Source of the DNA: a virus
Taxonomy: Duplodnaviria > Caudoviricetes
Reading direction: 5' to 3' (one strand)
DNA: 63,083 nt
IMG/VR virus record: IMGVR_UViG_3300030376_004411
Coordinates: 1-63,083 of that record
This document shows, in pieces, positions 55,920 through 63,083 of this stretch. The notes below the pieces were generated by a model, which was not told the origin of the DNA, searched no databases, and saw only the letters and a program-made list of their open reading frames with translations. Within the stretch, counting starts at the first letter, position 1, and every line of letters starts with the position of its first letter. Both the position numbers and the translations under genes were made by a program.

Positions 55920-55999
55920 CATTCACCACAGTGTGGGCAGTTAAACTTATTTACTTTCTTCATACCAACGTATTGTTGTCCACATCTCACACATATCAT
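55919..55999 (-). CDS. 26-aa Zn-ribbon micro-protein
   Basis: MICVRCGQQYVGMKKVNKFNCPHCGE; ATGA and TGATG overlaps. Confidence 0.6.
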   Translation of the reverse strand: MICVRCGQQYVGMKKVNKFNCPHCGE

Positions 56000-56283
56000 T
56001 CTTTGGTCATGCCCCGTTGCCTGTTCATTGAATCAACTAGAACACCTTTGGCATGTTCTTCTTCCTCAGCTGCTATCTCTAAGTTTTCTTCAGCTCGTGC
56101 ATAAACCATCTCTCGGACCATCTTGATTGATTCCTTGATTGACTCATTGTCTGTTGTCTCAGCGATGTAGAAGTCTAAGTCATCCATCATCATACGTGCT
56201 ACTTTTGGTGAACACCAATCTAACACAATCTTCATGAAATGAATTGCTTCAGCTTTATTGGTAGCCATGCATACCTCCTTCAT
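55996..56283 (-). CDS. Hypothetical protein
   Basis: Start probably at MATNK, which follows a GGAGGT SD. Confidence 0.65.
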   Translation of the reverse strand: MKEVCMATNKAEAIHFMKIVLDWCSPKVARMMMDDLDFYIAETTDNESIKESIKMVREMVYARAEENLEIAAEEEEHAKGVLVDSMNRQRGMTKE

Positions 56284-56505
56284 CTTCGGGGACTTCCCAT
56301 AGTCCCTGTTCTATAATCTTTGCCAACCACCCATCATAAGCTTCGATAGGTGCTTGATAATAGACTATGTCTGCTATCTCTTGTACTGCTATTAGCAGTT
56401 TATCTGTGTAATTACTCATTTTTTTTATTTCCGTATTTTCTTGGTCGAAGTGTTAACTTCTTTTTGCTAAATCCAAATATAGCATCTAGTTTAACTATTA
56501 ATTCT

Positions 56506-56946
56506 CTAATCATTGTTCTTTTCCTTTGGCCAATAGTAAGGATACTCGTCTATGACTGCGAGGTCCGTCTGTGCATCTGGCCCGAAATGTTCAGCATAGT
56601 ATTCGTAATCCTTACGTAAAAGGTTCATTCGGTGCGACTTGTGCAACTCGGGATAGCCTAGCCATTGAGGATATACTATTGGCCCTTGTATGTCGTATAG
56701 TTGCATCGTGTTGTTGTATCCACGTGCAACCCATTCTTCTATCATTATGTTAGTATAATGTTTTAGTGCGTTCTCGTAACCAACCCACATTAAACGTGCA
56801 GGGTGGTTAAGCCAACCTTTCTTATCATAGTCTGGACTGAGTGAGTTGATGAGCTGAAGGCCCTCGACTCTCTGCTTACCTAGACGACGATAGTCTAGTA
56901 GTTTGGCTGATGTTCTAAAGTTTCTTGTTGGTAGAAATGTTTGCAT
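56506..56946 (-). CDS. Pyrimidine-dimer DNA glycosylase (DenV-like)
   Basis: MQTFLP..LDYRRLGKQRVE..HPARLMWVGYE..PQWLG..HKSHRMNLLRKD. Confidence 0.88.
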   Translation of the reverse strand: MQTFLPTRNFRTSAKLLDYRRLGKQRVEGLQLINSLSPDYDKKGWLNHPARLMWVGYENALKHYTNIMIEEWVARGYNNTMQLYDIQGPIVYPQWLGYPELHKSHRMNLLRKDYEYYAEHFGPDAQTDLAVIDEYPYYWPKEKNND

Positions 56947-56990
56947 AATATCAATTCCTTTTGATTATATTTCAATATAATTCAAATATC

Positions 56991-57020
56991 TATTTAAAGG
57001 TTGTGGTGTGTGAACTGAGA
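56991..57020 (-). promoter_or_regulatory. TATA promoter with upstream TCTCAGTTCA box
   Basis: TCTCAGTTCA-N10-CCTTTAAATA. Confidence 0.7.
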
Positions 57021-57114
57021 GCGGCTTCTCATATTACGAGCTTCAAAACTCAAGAGTCCACACGTAGTGGGCTACTAGCTAATGACCGACTATCAACTAA
57101 TAGCCTGTCACTAC

Positions 57115-59208
57115 CTAGACCTTTATTACCCTCCTGATGATTTTACTTATCTTAGTTGGTAACTCATTGATGTCGTTAACTAGTAGGTAGTTAGAAAACA
57201 TCTCAGCCATACTACGTTCACGTGCACCACTGATACCAACCTGTATGATACTCCAACCTTGTCCCTCTAAGTGTTTTACACACTTCTTAGTATGAGGAAC
57301 ACCGACTGACCATCTATACTTGTCTGCTGATGGTTCACCATCTGAGATAACAATCATTAGTTTGTTGCTACCCATTGATGGTGACTCAGCTTTGACTCTC
57401 TCGGCTGATGCTAAGAGAGCCATACCGTCTCTGTTCTCTGCTCTAGCTTCCATTGAACCAATGGCTTTCGTATCTGACTGATAAGATGGTGACCAATATA
57501 CTGACATATTGGTTTCACCTTCCTTACCCCATGTGTAGCCATCAGCTGTGTGGCCAAAGACCCACAGGTTGAGAGCCTGATTGTCTTTAAGTGCCTCACG
57601 CAAAGCTATTGCAGTTTGTCTGGCTTTGTCCATCTTCCATGAACCCATACTGCCTGACTCGTCAACTAAGAGACACACATCCAATGGTTTGTCTTCATCA
57701 ACGATGACATTTTTAAATAGGTCGGGTCGACCGAGAGGTATTTTATGTAACATCTTTTTGTCTAGTTTGCCTCTTCGTTGATTGCGAATGGTGTGTATCT
57801 TAGTATCACCATAAAGTTGTATTCTACGTTTGAGTTGACCGATAGCTGATTTCATTTTTGTAACGGTCTCATCATATTTTTGTGAGTGGTGGTCGGAAGC
57901 GTGTTGGTTACGCCATGTAACCTTAGTACCTTGTCTCAGACCGAGAGCGCGACTACTGTCCCACTCATCCTCAGAGTATTCACTGTCAGCTAAGTCTCGG
58001 ATAGCCTTGTCTAGTCTGTCACTGATACTCTCGGAGTCAGCTGAATAGTCAGCTAGTTTGGCTCCGGACTTATCGATAGCATCTCGGAGTGCTGTCTCAC
58101 CACTGTATCTGTCAGTGGTCTCAGCTTCTTTACGTTCTTGTTCTATCAGTCTGTCTCTAATATTCTTTAAGTGTTCGTCGTTCATCTCGATGTCATCCTT
58201 AGACCAGCCTTCCATTAACTCATCCATACGAGCCTCAGCACGTTCAATGATTTCTTCTTCGCTTACATCCTTTCTCTTCGATGCTTCTTCCTTAGCTAAC
58301 TGATATATGTATTCGTATATAGACTGAACTGCAACTAGTGTTGACTCTCTGTCTACCAAAGCATCCTTCAAAGCACGAGCAAAGAACTGAATGTGTCTAG
58401 CGTGTCTCTTCTTACGTTCATCTGAGATAGTAGAGGGAAACCTCACCATAGCTAACAATGTATTCAGTACATCAGCTATGACATTACCTTTGATGGTTCC
58501 TATGTCATGCTTAGCAAAGAAGTGTTCTTTTACTTTGTCGATGTATGTGACGTAACCAGCATGAGTCTTAGCTAACTGAGATTCGATGTACTCATCTTCG
58601 ATAATGTTACCGATACTATGTAGTAAATCAGTCTGTGCGTTGCTGAGACGTTTGTCATAAGAATATTTCTTTTGCCATTTGACTAATGGTTGAGTATGAA
58701 CTAAGTGTAACTTCTCATGTATAGAGAGACCAGCTACAATATCTAAGTTGGTGTCACTAGTCTTGATGAGAGTACCGTCAACATACAGTGCACCGGTTCT
58801 CATATTAGAATAGTTTCTACCCTCAGTTGCGAAGTTAAGTGTATGTTTCACAGTTGGGTCGACTACTTTACACAGAGAATCTAAATGTCTTTTGTGTTTG
58901 AGCATACGAGCTGATGATGAACTCTCATTGGAAGACCAACCACCCCATGCTGAGGCTGTTGCACTACCAACACTACCCCATGTGTACGAACCACCTCTAC
59001 CCCACACATCACCGTGTGCTGAGATAGATGGTGCGGGTGAACTGTATACTTTAGCTACTGATGGAGTGAGGAAAGGGTCAATAGTATTGTATTTGACACC
59101 ACACTCTGTACAACATCCGTGGTCATCAGCATCAGTCCAATCATCACAGGCCTGACAGAAGTCATCTGTGTCCTCAGCCCAATCGTCTACTGAAGTTTTG
59201 TAATCCAT
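57115..59208 (-). CDS. vWA-domain protein with HExxH motif (CobT-like MoxR partner)
   Basis: IHEKLH, NIIEDEYIE, RRGKLD, MIDAS LLVDESGSM, VISDGEP. Confidence 0.88.
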   Translation of the reverse strand: MDYKTSVDDWAEDTDDFCQACDDWTDADDHGCCTECGVKYNTIDPFLTPSVAKVYSSPAPSISAHGDVWGRGGSYTWGSVGSATASAWGGWSSNESSSSARMLKHKRHLDSLCKVVDPTVKHTLNFATEGRNYSNMRTGALYVDGTLIKTSDTNLDIVAGLSIHEKLHLVHTQPLVKWQKKYSYDKRLSNAQTDLLHSIGNIIEDEYIESQLAKTHAGYVTYIDKVKEHFFAKHDIGTIKGNVIADVLNTLLAMVRFPSTISDERKKRHARHIQFFARALKDALVDRESTLVAVQSIYEYIYQLAKEEASKRKDVSEEEIIERAEARMDELMEGWSKDDIEMNDEHLKNIRDRLIEQERKEAETTDRYSGETALRDAIDKSGAKLADYSADSESISDRLDKAIRDLADSEYSEDEWDSSRALGLRQGTKVTWRNQHASDHHSQKYDETVTKMKSAIGQLKRRIQLYGDTKIHTIRNQRRGKLDKKMLHKIPLGRPDLFKNVIVDEDKPLDVCLLVDESGSMGSWKMDKARQTAIALREALKDNQALNLWVFGHTADGYTWGKEGETNMSVYWSPSYQSDTKAIGSMEARAENRDGMALLASAERVKAESPSMGSNKLMIVISDGEPSADKYRWSVGVPHTKKCVKHLEGQGWSIIQVGISGARERSMAEMFSNYLLVNDINELPTKISKIIRRVIKV

Positions 59209-59567
59209 GTGTCCACCTCACTTAATAAATCTTTATCCTCAGCTCTGAACTTAAACTCAAAGCACTTAAGGCTTCTCTTAGCTGAACCTACTACACACTT
59301 GTATATGAATAAGTCCTCAGTCGATACTATACCATGAGCCATCTCTGTCATCTGATTGATAGGCATAGTTGGTCTCTCGGGTATGATTAGGTCCTCATCT
59401 TGTAGTAATCTACGTTTGTATGCACCGATGTGTCTACCATTGACCTCAGTGTCGGGGAATACCGACTTGAGAATCTTAGCACACTGAGCTGGTTTGTATC
59501 CGTTAAGGATTAACAACTTAGTCAACTGATGCCAATAGGTATGCTTTCTCTTTTTAACTCTAACCAT
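59187..59567 (-). CDS. Hypothetical basic protein
   Basis: Between the AAA and vWA genes; TAG-ATG adjacency. Confidence 0.65.
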   Translation of the reverse strand: MVRVKKRKHTYWHQLTKLLILNGYKPAQCAKILKSVFPDTEVNGRHIGAYKRRLLQDEDLIIPERPTMPINQMTEMAHGIVSTEDLFIYKCVVGSAKRSLKCFEFKFRAEDKDLLSEVDTWITKLQ

Positions 59568-60749
59568 CTACTCACCCATTGATTGAATAACTTGTATTAT
59601 ACGAACTCTCTCAGTATCGTCACCACCCTGAATAGGGTAGAAAGGTAAACAGGTATGCTTCAATGCATCCTCTAAACTCATTCCATCGACAACTAACTCA
59701 GCTGATGCTAAACACATACGTGTTGATACTGCTGTAGCTAGTTCATCTGATTTGTGTAAGTCACGTACTCTCTTAGCAAAGTCTACAATCTTATCAGCAT
59801 TGTAGTCACTGAGCTGAGGATTACGATTCTGTAATAGTTCCTTTTCTTTCTGTGGAGGGAGATACTCTAGTTCGTATATACCTCCGGTAAATCTATCTTT
59901 CCATGCACGGTCTAAGTCATGAGACGCACCGAGATACTCTCGGCCGATGTTAGCTGTAGCATAAAAGAAGGCACCTTTATGGACTGAAACACTGTCAGCA
60001 TCCTCAGACTCATCAAGAGCCAAATACTTCTGACCATCCAATACCGGCATGAGAATGTTAGCTAAGTCACCTGTTCGGTCACGTGTAACCTCATCCAGCA
60101 TAATAAATGAATCAGCTTGTATTGCATTAACAAACCGAGAAGGTTTGAACCATGTACCTGATTCTTTGTCGTACTTAGTATCACCCAGCAACTTAGCTGA
60201 GGGATTCATAGTATCACCAAAGTTGAAAGAGTAGAACTCTTTTGCTGTAATCTCGGCTAGTATCTTACCGAGACTAGACTTACCACACCCTGATGGTCCT
60301 GTGATAAGAATGTTCTTACCACGGAATATGTTTCTCAACATAGTATAGAATGTGCTATCATCAGCAAACTTAAACTCTTCGGGTACATTTACTGAACCTC
60401 TTAGTTTGGACATAACTGTCTCTTTTTCCACTTCAACGGGTGGAGCCTCTTCTGGCGTGGGACTGTCTCGGTCGAATAGACTGTCGAGTCCTCCATGTGT
60501 GTCGGTCTTTTCCATTATTTCCTCATGTTCGGAAGCCTTTATAAGCTTGCCGGTTGCATCCTCAGTGTAGCCTGTTAGCCACTCAGTTGGGGTTTCTATT
60601 CCAGCTGTGGCTTTGGCTTCTTCAACTATCTCTGTCATCTCTTCCTCAGTATATTTCTTTAACATCTTAGTTGGCTCTCCTGCGCCTGATGAGAGTGCGG
60701 TCGACCCTACTTCGGTCGTAACCATATCTTCTCTCACCTGAGACACCAC
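59568..60749 (-). CDS. MoxR/CbbQ/CobS-like AAA+ ATPase
   Basis: GPSGCGKS, IMLDEVTR, ATANIG..Y, LDRAWKDRF, STR. Confidence 0.9.
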   Translation of the reverse strand: MVSQVREDMVTTEVGSTALSSGAGEPTKMLKKYTEEEMTEIVEEAKATAGIETPTEWLTGYTEDATGKLIKASEHEEIMEKTDTHGGLDSLFDRDSPTPEEAPPVEVEKETVMSKLRGSVNVPEEFKFADDSTFYTMLRNIFRGKNILITGPSGCGKSSLGKILAEITAKEFYSFNFGDTMNPSAKLLGDTKYDKESGTWFKPSRFVNAIQADSFIMLDEVTRDRTGDLANILMPVLDGQKYLALDESEDADSVSVHKGAFFYATANIGREYLGASHDLDRAWKDRFTGGIYELEYLPPQKEKELLQNRNPQLSDYNADKIVDFAKRVRDLHKSDELATAVSTRMCLASAELVVDGMSLEDALKHTCLPFYPIQGGDDTERVRIIQVIQSMGE

Positions 60750-61017
60750 TACTAGTTCCTTTCACCTCATACTTTGAGATGAGACGAGTCATAGCGTCTT
60801 TGTCTGCTGGTTCCATTGTGCTGAGAGCGTCTACGAACTTACCTAAGTTCATACTGACTGACCAAGCATTGTCTTCTACATCGTCGAAGCAAGATTTTAA
60901 AAAATCTCTCAGCACGTTGAAACGGTTATCCTCAACTGACTGCACACTTAACAAAGGAATCTTGTCAGTATGCTGAGTCATGTAATTGTTAAACTTATTA
61001 AATGTTTCTTTATTCAT
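60667..61017 (-). CDS. Hypothetical protein
   Basis: GGAG SD; ATGA overlap. Confidence 0.6.
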   Translation of the reverse strand: MNKETFNKFNNYMTQHTDKIPLLSVQSVEDNRFNVLRDFLKSCFDDVEDNAWSVSMNLGKFVDALSTMEPADKDAMTRLISKYEVKGTSSGVSGERRYGYDRSRVDRTLIRRRRAN

Positions 61018-61118
61018 AGTAAATAGTCTCCAACTAAACAGTGTTCACAGCAGGATGAGTTTATCTCATGTCCACCGTTATCAGCCCAGCTTATCTGTCC
61101 ACAGTCTACGCAGTTCAT
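61014..61118 (-). CDS. 34-aa Zn-finger micro-protein
   Basis: MNCVDCGQ..SSCCEHCLVGDYLL; ATGA overlaps at both ends; GAGGT SD. Confidence 0.6.
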   Translation of the reverse strand: MNCVDCGQISWADNGGHEINSSCCEHCLVGDYLL

Positions 61119-61435
61119 AGTGAACCTCTCTTAGTTAACCATTGGTCAACACCTACTTCATGTATATATGAAACGGTGTCACTGTAGTTCCCGAAGGTGA
61201 GACATTGGTGTGGCTTCGGAGCGTGTTCGAAATACTTTTGAGTCCTAGCATTTCTCTTAGCTCGTAGTTGTGAGCCATCTCTGTTCGGGGTAGCACTTAA
61301 CAACTGAGATAGTTGTTTGGCTGTCAAGCTTTTTAATTGATTAGCGATTGCGTCGATGTCGGTCATAGTCATCAAATCTACATCGTATACGCCCTTTATA
61401 AAGGTTTCGGCTCTTGAACTAAGAGCCCCGCACAA
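61115..61435 (-). CDS. Hypothetical protein
   Basis: Start probably at an internal Met near 61366-61372, downstream of TTTATAAA at ~61395. Confidence 0.6.
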   Translation of the reverse strand: MCGALSSRAETFIKGVYDVDLMTMTDIDAIANQLKSLTAKQLSQLLSATPNRDGSQLRAKRNARTQKYFEHAPKPHQCLTFGNYSDTVSYIHEVGVDQWLTKRGSL

Positions 61436-61742
61436 AATACAGGCTGAGACAAAAAACGGGGGGCTTTTTCAAGCAAAACCTTATATAGTTCGTACTCCCT
61501 ATATTAACTATATTAAGAATATAGCTTAGTTATGCTATACTAAGACCTTTACTTATATCTTAGTAGAGCATGCTTTATAGAGAATGGTTAGTAAGGCTTA
61601 GCTTAATTGTCTTAGTAGAGCATTCTTAGTAGAGCATAATATAGGCTAAAGATACTATCCCTATACTTTCTTCGAACGAACACAACTGAACCTAAACTGG
61701 TTCTAGTTTGGGATGAGCTTTAAAGCTTTCGAACCAACCTCT

Positions 61743-62001
61743 ACTAAGCATTTTCTCATTCTGGCCTACCGTAAGTGCTCAATTGAGCTCAGCTCTACTG
61801 AGAACAAGTTTCTCACCTCGCCCTACCGTGCTTTGGTTCTGGTTTGAACCTGAACTGAGACTGGGCTGTTAATTTCTCATCTGCGCTGTCCGTTAGGTTT
61901 TGGTTTGTAGAGCATGAACTGAGAAGTTGTTTTCTCACGGAGCCTTACGGCTCTATTGAGCAAAAAGAAATGGGGGCTGAGTTGAGCTAAGCTGAGAAGT
62001 T
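61743..62001. repeat. Degenerate ~60-bp tandem repeats with CTGAGA..TTTCTCA cores
   Basis: TTCTCA ends at 61758, 61815, 61879 and 61937; the last three are preceded by ACTGAGA. Confidence 0.65.
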
Positions 62002-62032
62002 GCGAAGCGGTTTCCGCACGTGTGGAAAAATT

Positions 62033-62360
62033 AAAAAAAATTATTAAAGGTGTTAGCCCCCCGACTTAAATAACTGCGCAGTCATGGCGTTTCCTATCTC
62101 GTTATTTCGAATATACGTTAACGATAGGTCAAGGGGGCGTAACTATAAGGTTGGGTAGGAGGATTTATGTATACCTCCAAAGGGTTTATGCCACTACAGT
62201 GTAGAACCCTTACCAGTTTTGCATTCCTCCAGCAGTCGCTTCTTGGTTTGCGCAGTCCTGTGCCTTAGTCCGTGGCGGACTTGTTCGGCCATACCCGATT
62301 ACGGAAGAGCTACTTCCATAAATATAAGGTGGGCAGTTTTCTGAGATGCCCAGCTGCTCG
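62033..62360 (-). ncRNA. Candidate structured non-coding RNA (unidentified)
   Basis: Nested helices in a GC-richer gap with no long ORF on the transcribed strand; ends in a T8 run. Confidence 0.45.
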
Positions 62361-62366
62361 TTTTAC

Positions 62367-62693
62367 TTACTTAAGAAGTCCTGCTTTTTTCATAGCAGTC
62401 TTCAAATCAGCCTCACTCATTCTACCCATAGCGGATACAAGAGAGTCAACTGTTGGTGCTCGTCCTTCAACTTTTCGTTTGCTTTGATAACTGTGAGTTG
62501 CCGAGGCAACCATAGATGCAAACTTATCATTGTTGTGTAACACATCTGAGATGGCTACAAGAGTGTCATACTTTACACCGGTAGGGTATCGGTCGGATTT
62601 GCCGACCTTAGTGATACCAATGTGGTCTAGTATGTCGCTAACTACACCTTCAGACTTTGGTGCCCAAAGGTAATCCATTTTTGCTTTAGTCAT
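62367..62693 (-). CDS. Hypothetical early protein
   Basis: 108 aa; TTAAATA box ~22 nt upstream. Confidence 0.7.
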   Translation of the reverse strand: MTKAKMDYLWAPKSEGVVSDILDHIGITKVGKSDRYPTGVKYDTLVAISDVLHNNDKFASMVASATHSYQSKRKVEGRAPTVDSLVSAMGRMSEADLKTAMKKAGLLK

Positions 62694-62723
62694 ACAATAC
62701 CAATAGAGTTACTCTATTTAAGC

Positions 62724-62960
62724 TTAACCCCTGCTTATTACTTGTCTTAGTTGTAAGTCCTTGAACAGGTCAGGATTAGACATTCTAATCTCAGCAGCGA
62801 TAGCTTTATGTGCACCTCTGCCTCTGACTCCTACAGGAATAACCTCCTTGTATAATCCATACTTACCGTACGGAGTCGTGCCGATTTCTACAAAGTAGTC
62901 GACAGTCTGGCGGCCGTTCTTCCACGGAAGAGCGGTTTTAGTTTGAACTGCTTGGCTCAT
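62724..62960 (-). CDS. Hypothetical early protein
   Basis: 78 aa; leaderless-type promoter upstream. Confidence 0.7.
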   Translation of the reverse strand: MSQAVQTKTALPWKNGRQTVDYFVEIGTTPYGKYGLYKEVIPVGVRGRGAHKAIAAEIRMSNPDLFKDLQLRQVISRG

Positions 62961-62981
62961 GTATTACCAAAGACACCACCC

Positions 62982-62998
62982 TATATAAAGCTTTTTTC
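62982..62998 (-). promoter_or_regulatory. BRE/TATA promoter
   Basis: GAAAAAAGCTTTATATA ending 21 nt before the ATG at 62960. Confidence 0.7.
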
Positions 62999-63083
62999 AC
63001 ACGAGTGGAAAATTAGATTGGCAACTTCACCCAAGGCTCTAATTAGAATTTAAAGCCTACCTTGAGGAGCGGTTGCCACAAGG

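Larger units (their letters stand above)
1..63083. mobile_element. Archaeal tailed virus genome (Caudoviricetes, magrovirus-like), near-complete
   Basis: Ordered terminase-portal-protease-capsid-neck-tail-tape-measure module plus PolB/primase/RNR module; archaeal promoters and aIF-1A; no cellular housekeeping operons or integrase seen. Confidence 0.9.

Noticed and set aside
57115-60749. Cobalamin biosynthesis (cobS/cobT) supplying the B12-dependent RNR
   Set aside because: No CobN or other cob genes; viral MoxR-vWA pairs are widespread and not shown to make B12
61743-62001. Mini-CRISPR array (~60-bp periodicity, Cas4-like gene in the genome)
   Set aside because: Repeats are short and degenerate, with no identical 25-40 nt unit; solo Cas4-like nucleases are common in archaeal viruses
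62139-62150. GTAACTATAA resembling a conserved 23S rRNA segment
   Set aside because: Only ~10 nt match; flanks are not rRNA-like
1-63083. Terminal repeats, tRNA genes, integrase or att sites
   Set aside because: Window ends do not match each other; no cloverleaf or recombinase motifs were noticed by eye, though a tRNAscan run is needed to exclude tRNAs

Overview
This window looks like a complete or near-complete ~63 kb genome of a tailed dsDNA virus (Caudoviricetes) of archaea. It most resembles the 'magroviruses' of Marine Group II/Poseidoniales; the host is inferred, not shown. Archaeal evidence: BRE+TATA promoters ~22-28 nt upstream of start codons, an archaeal-type aIF-1A, an AEP primase with a fused PriL-like domain, a family-B polymerase ending in a PIP-box-like motif, and sequon-rich membrane proteins. 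The + strand (2.9-38.7 kb) holds a siphovirus-like morphogenesis module: small basic proteins, terminase, portal, protease/scaffold, HK97 capsid, a giant GIGT-repeat fibre, neck genes, two paralogous tail-tube genes, a sulfotransferase, tail chaperones with a -1 slippery site, tape measure and tail tip. The - strand (38.7-63 kb and 0.3-2.7 kb) holds replication, metabolism and early genes: class II RNR, primase, glycosyltransferase, PolB, MazG, aIF-1A, AAA+ ATPase, Hsp20, WYL, phytoene/squalene-synthase-like protein, resolvase, pyrimidine-dimer glycosylase, vWA+MoxR pair and a Cas4-like nuclease. Signals not explained by the ORF track: a ~320-nt structured non-coding element, small pseudoknots in the early region, TGAGA/TCTCA repeat arrays linked to a promoter class, many coupled micro-ORFs (including a 17-aa 7-Cys peptide), DNA-level repeats and a frameshift in the fibre gene, and apparent avoidance of CCWGG and GATC. 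All calls come from reading motifs by eye; no searches were run.
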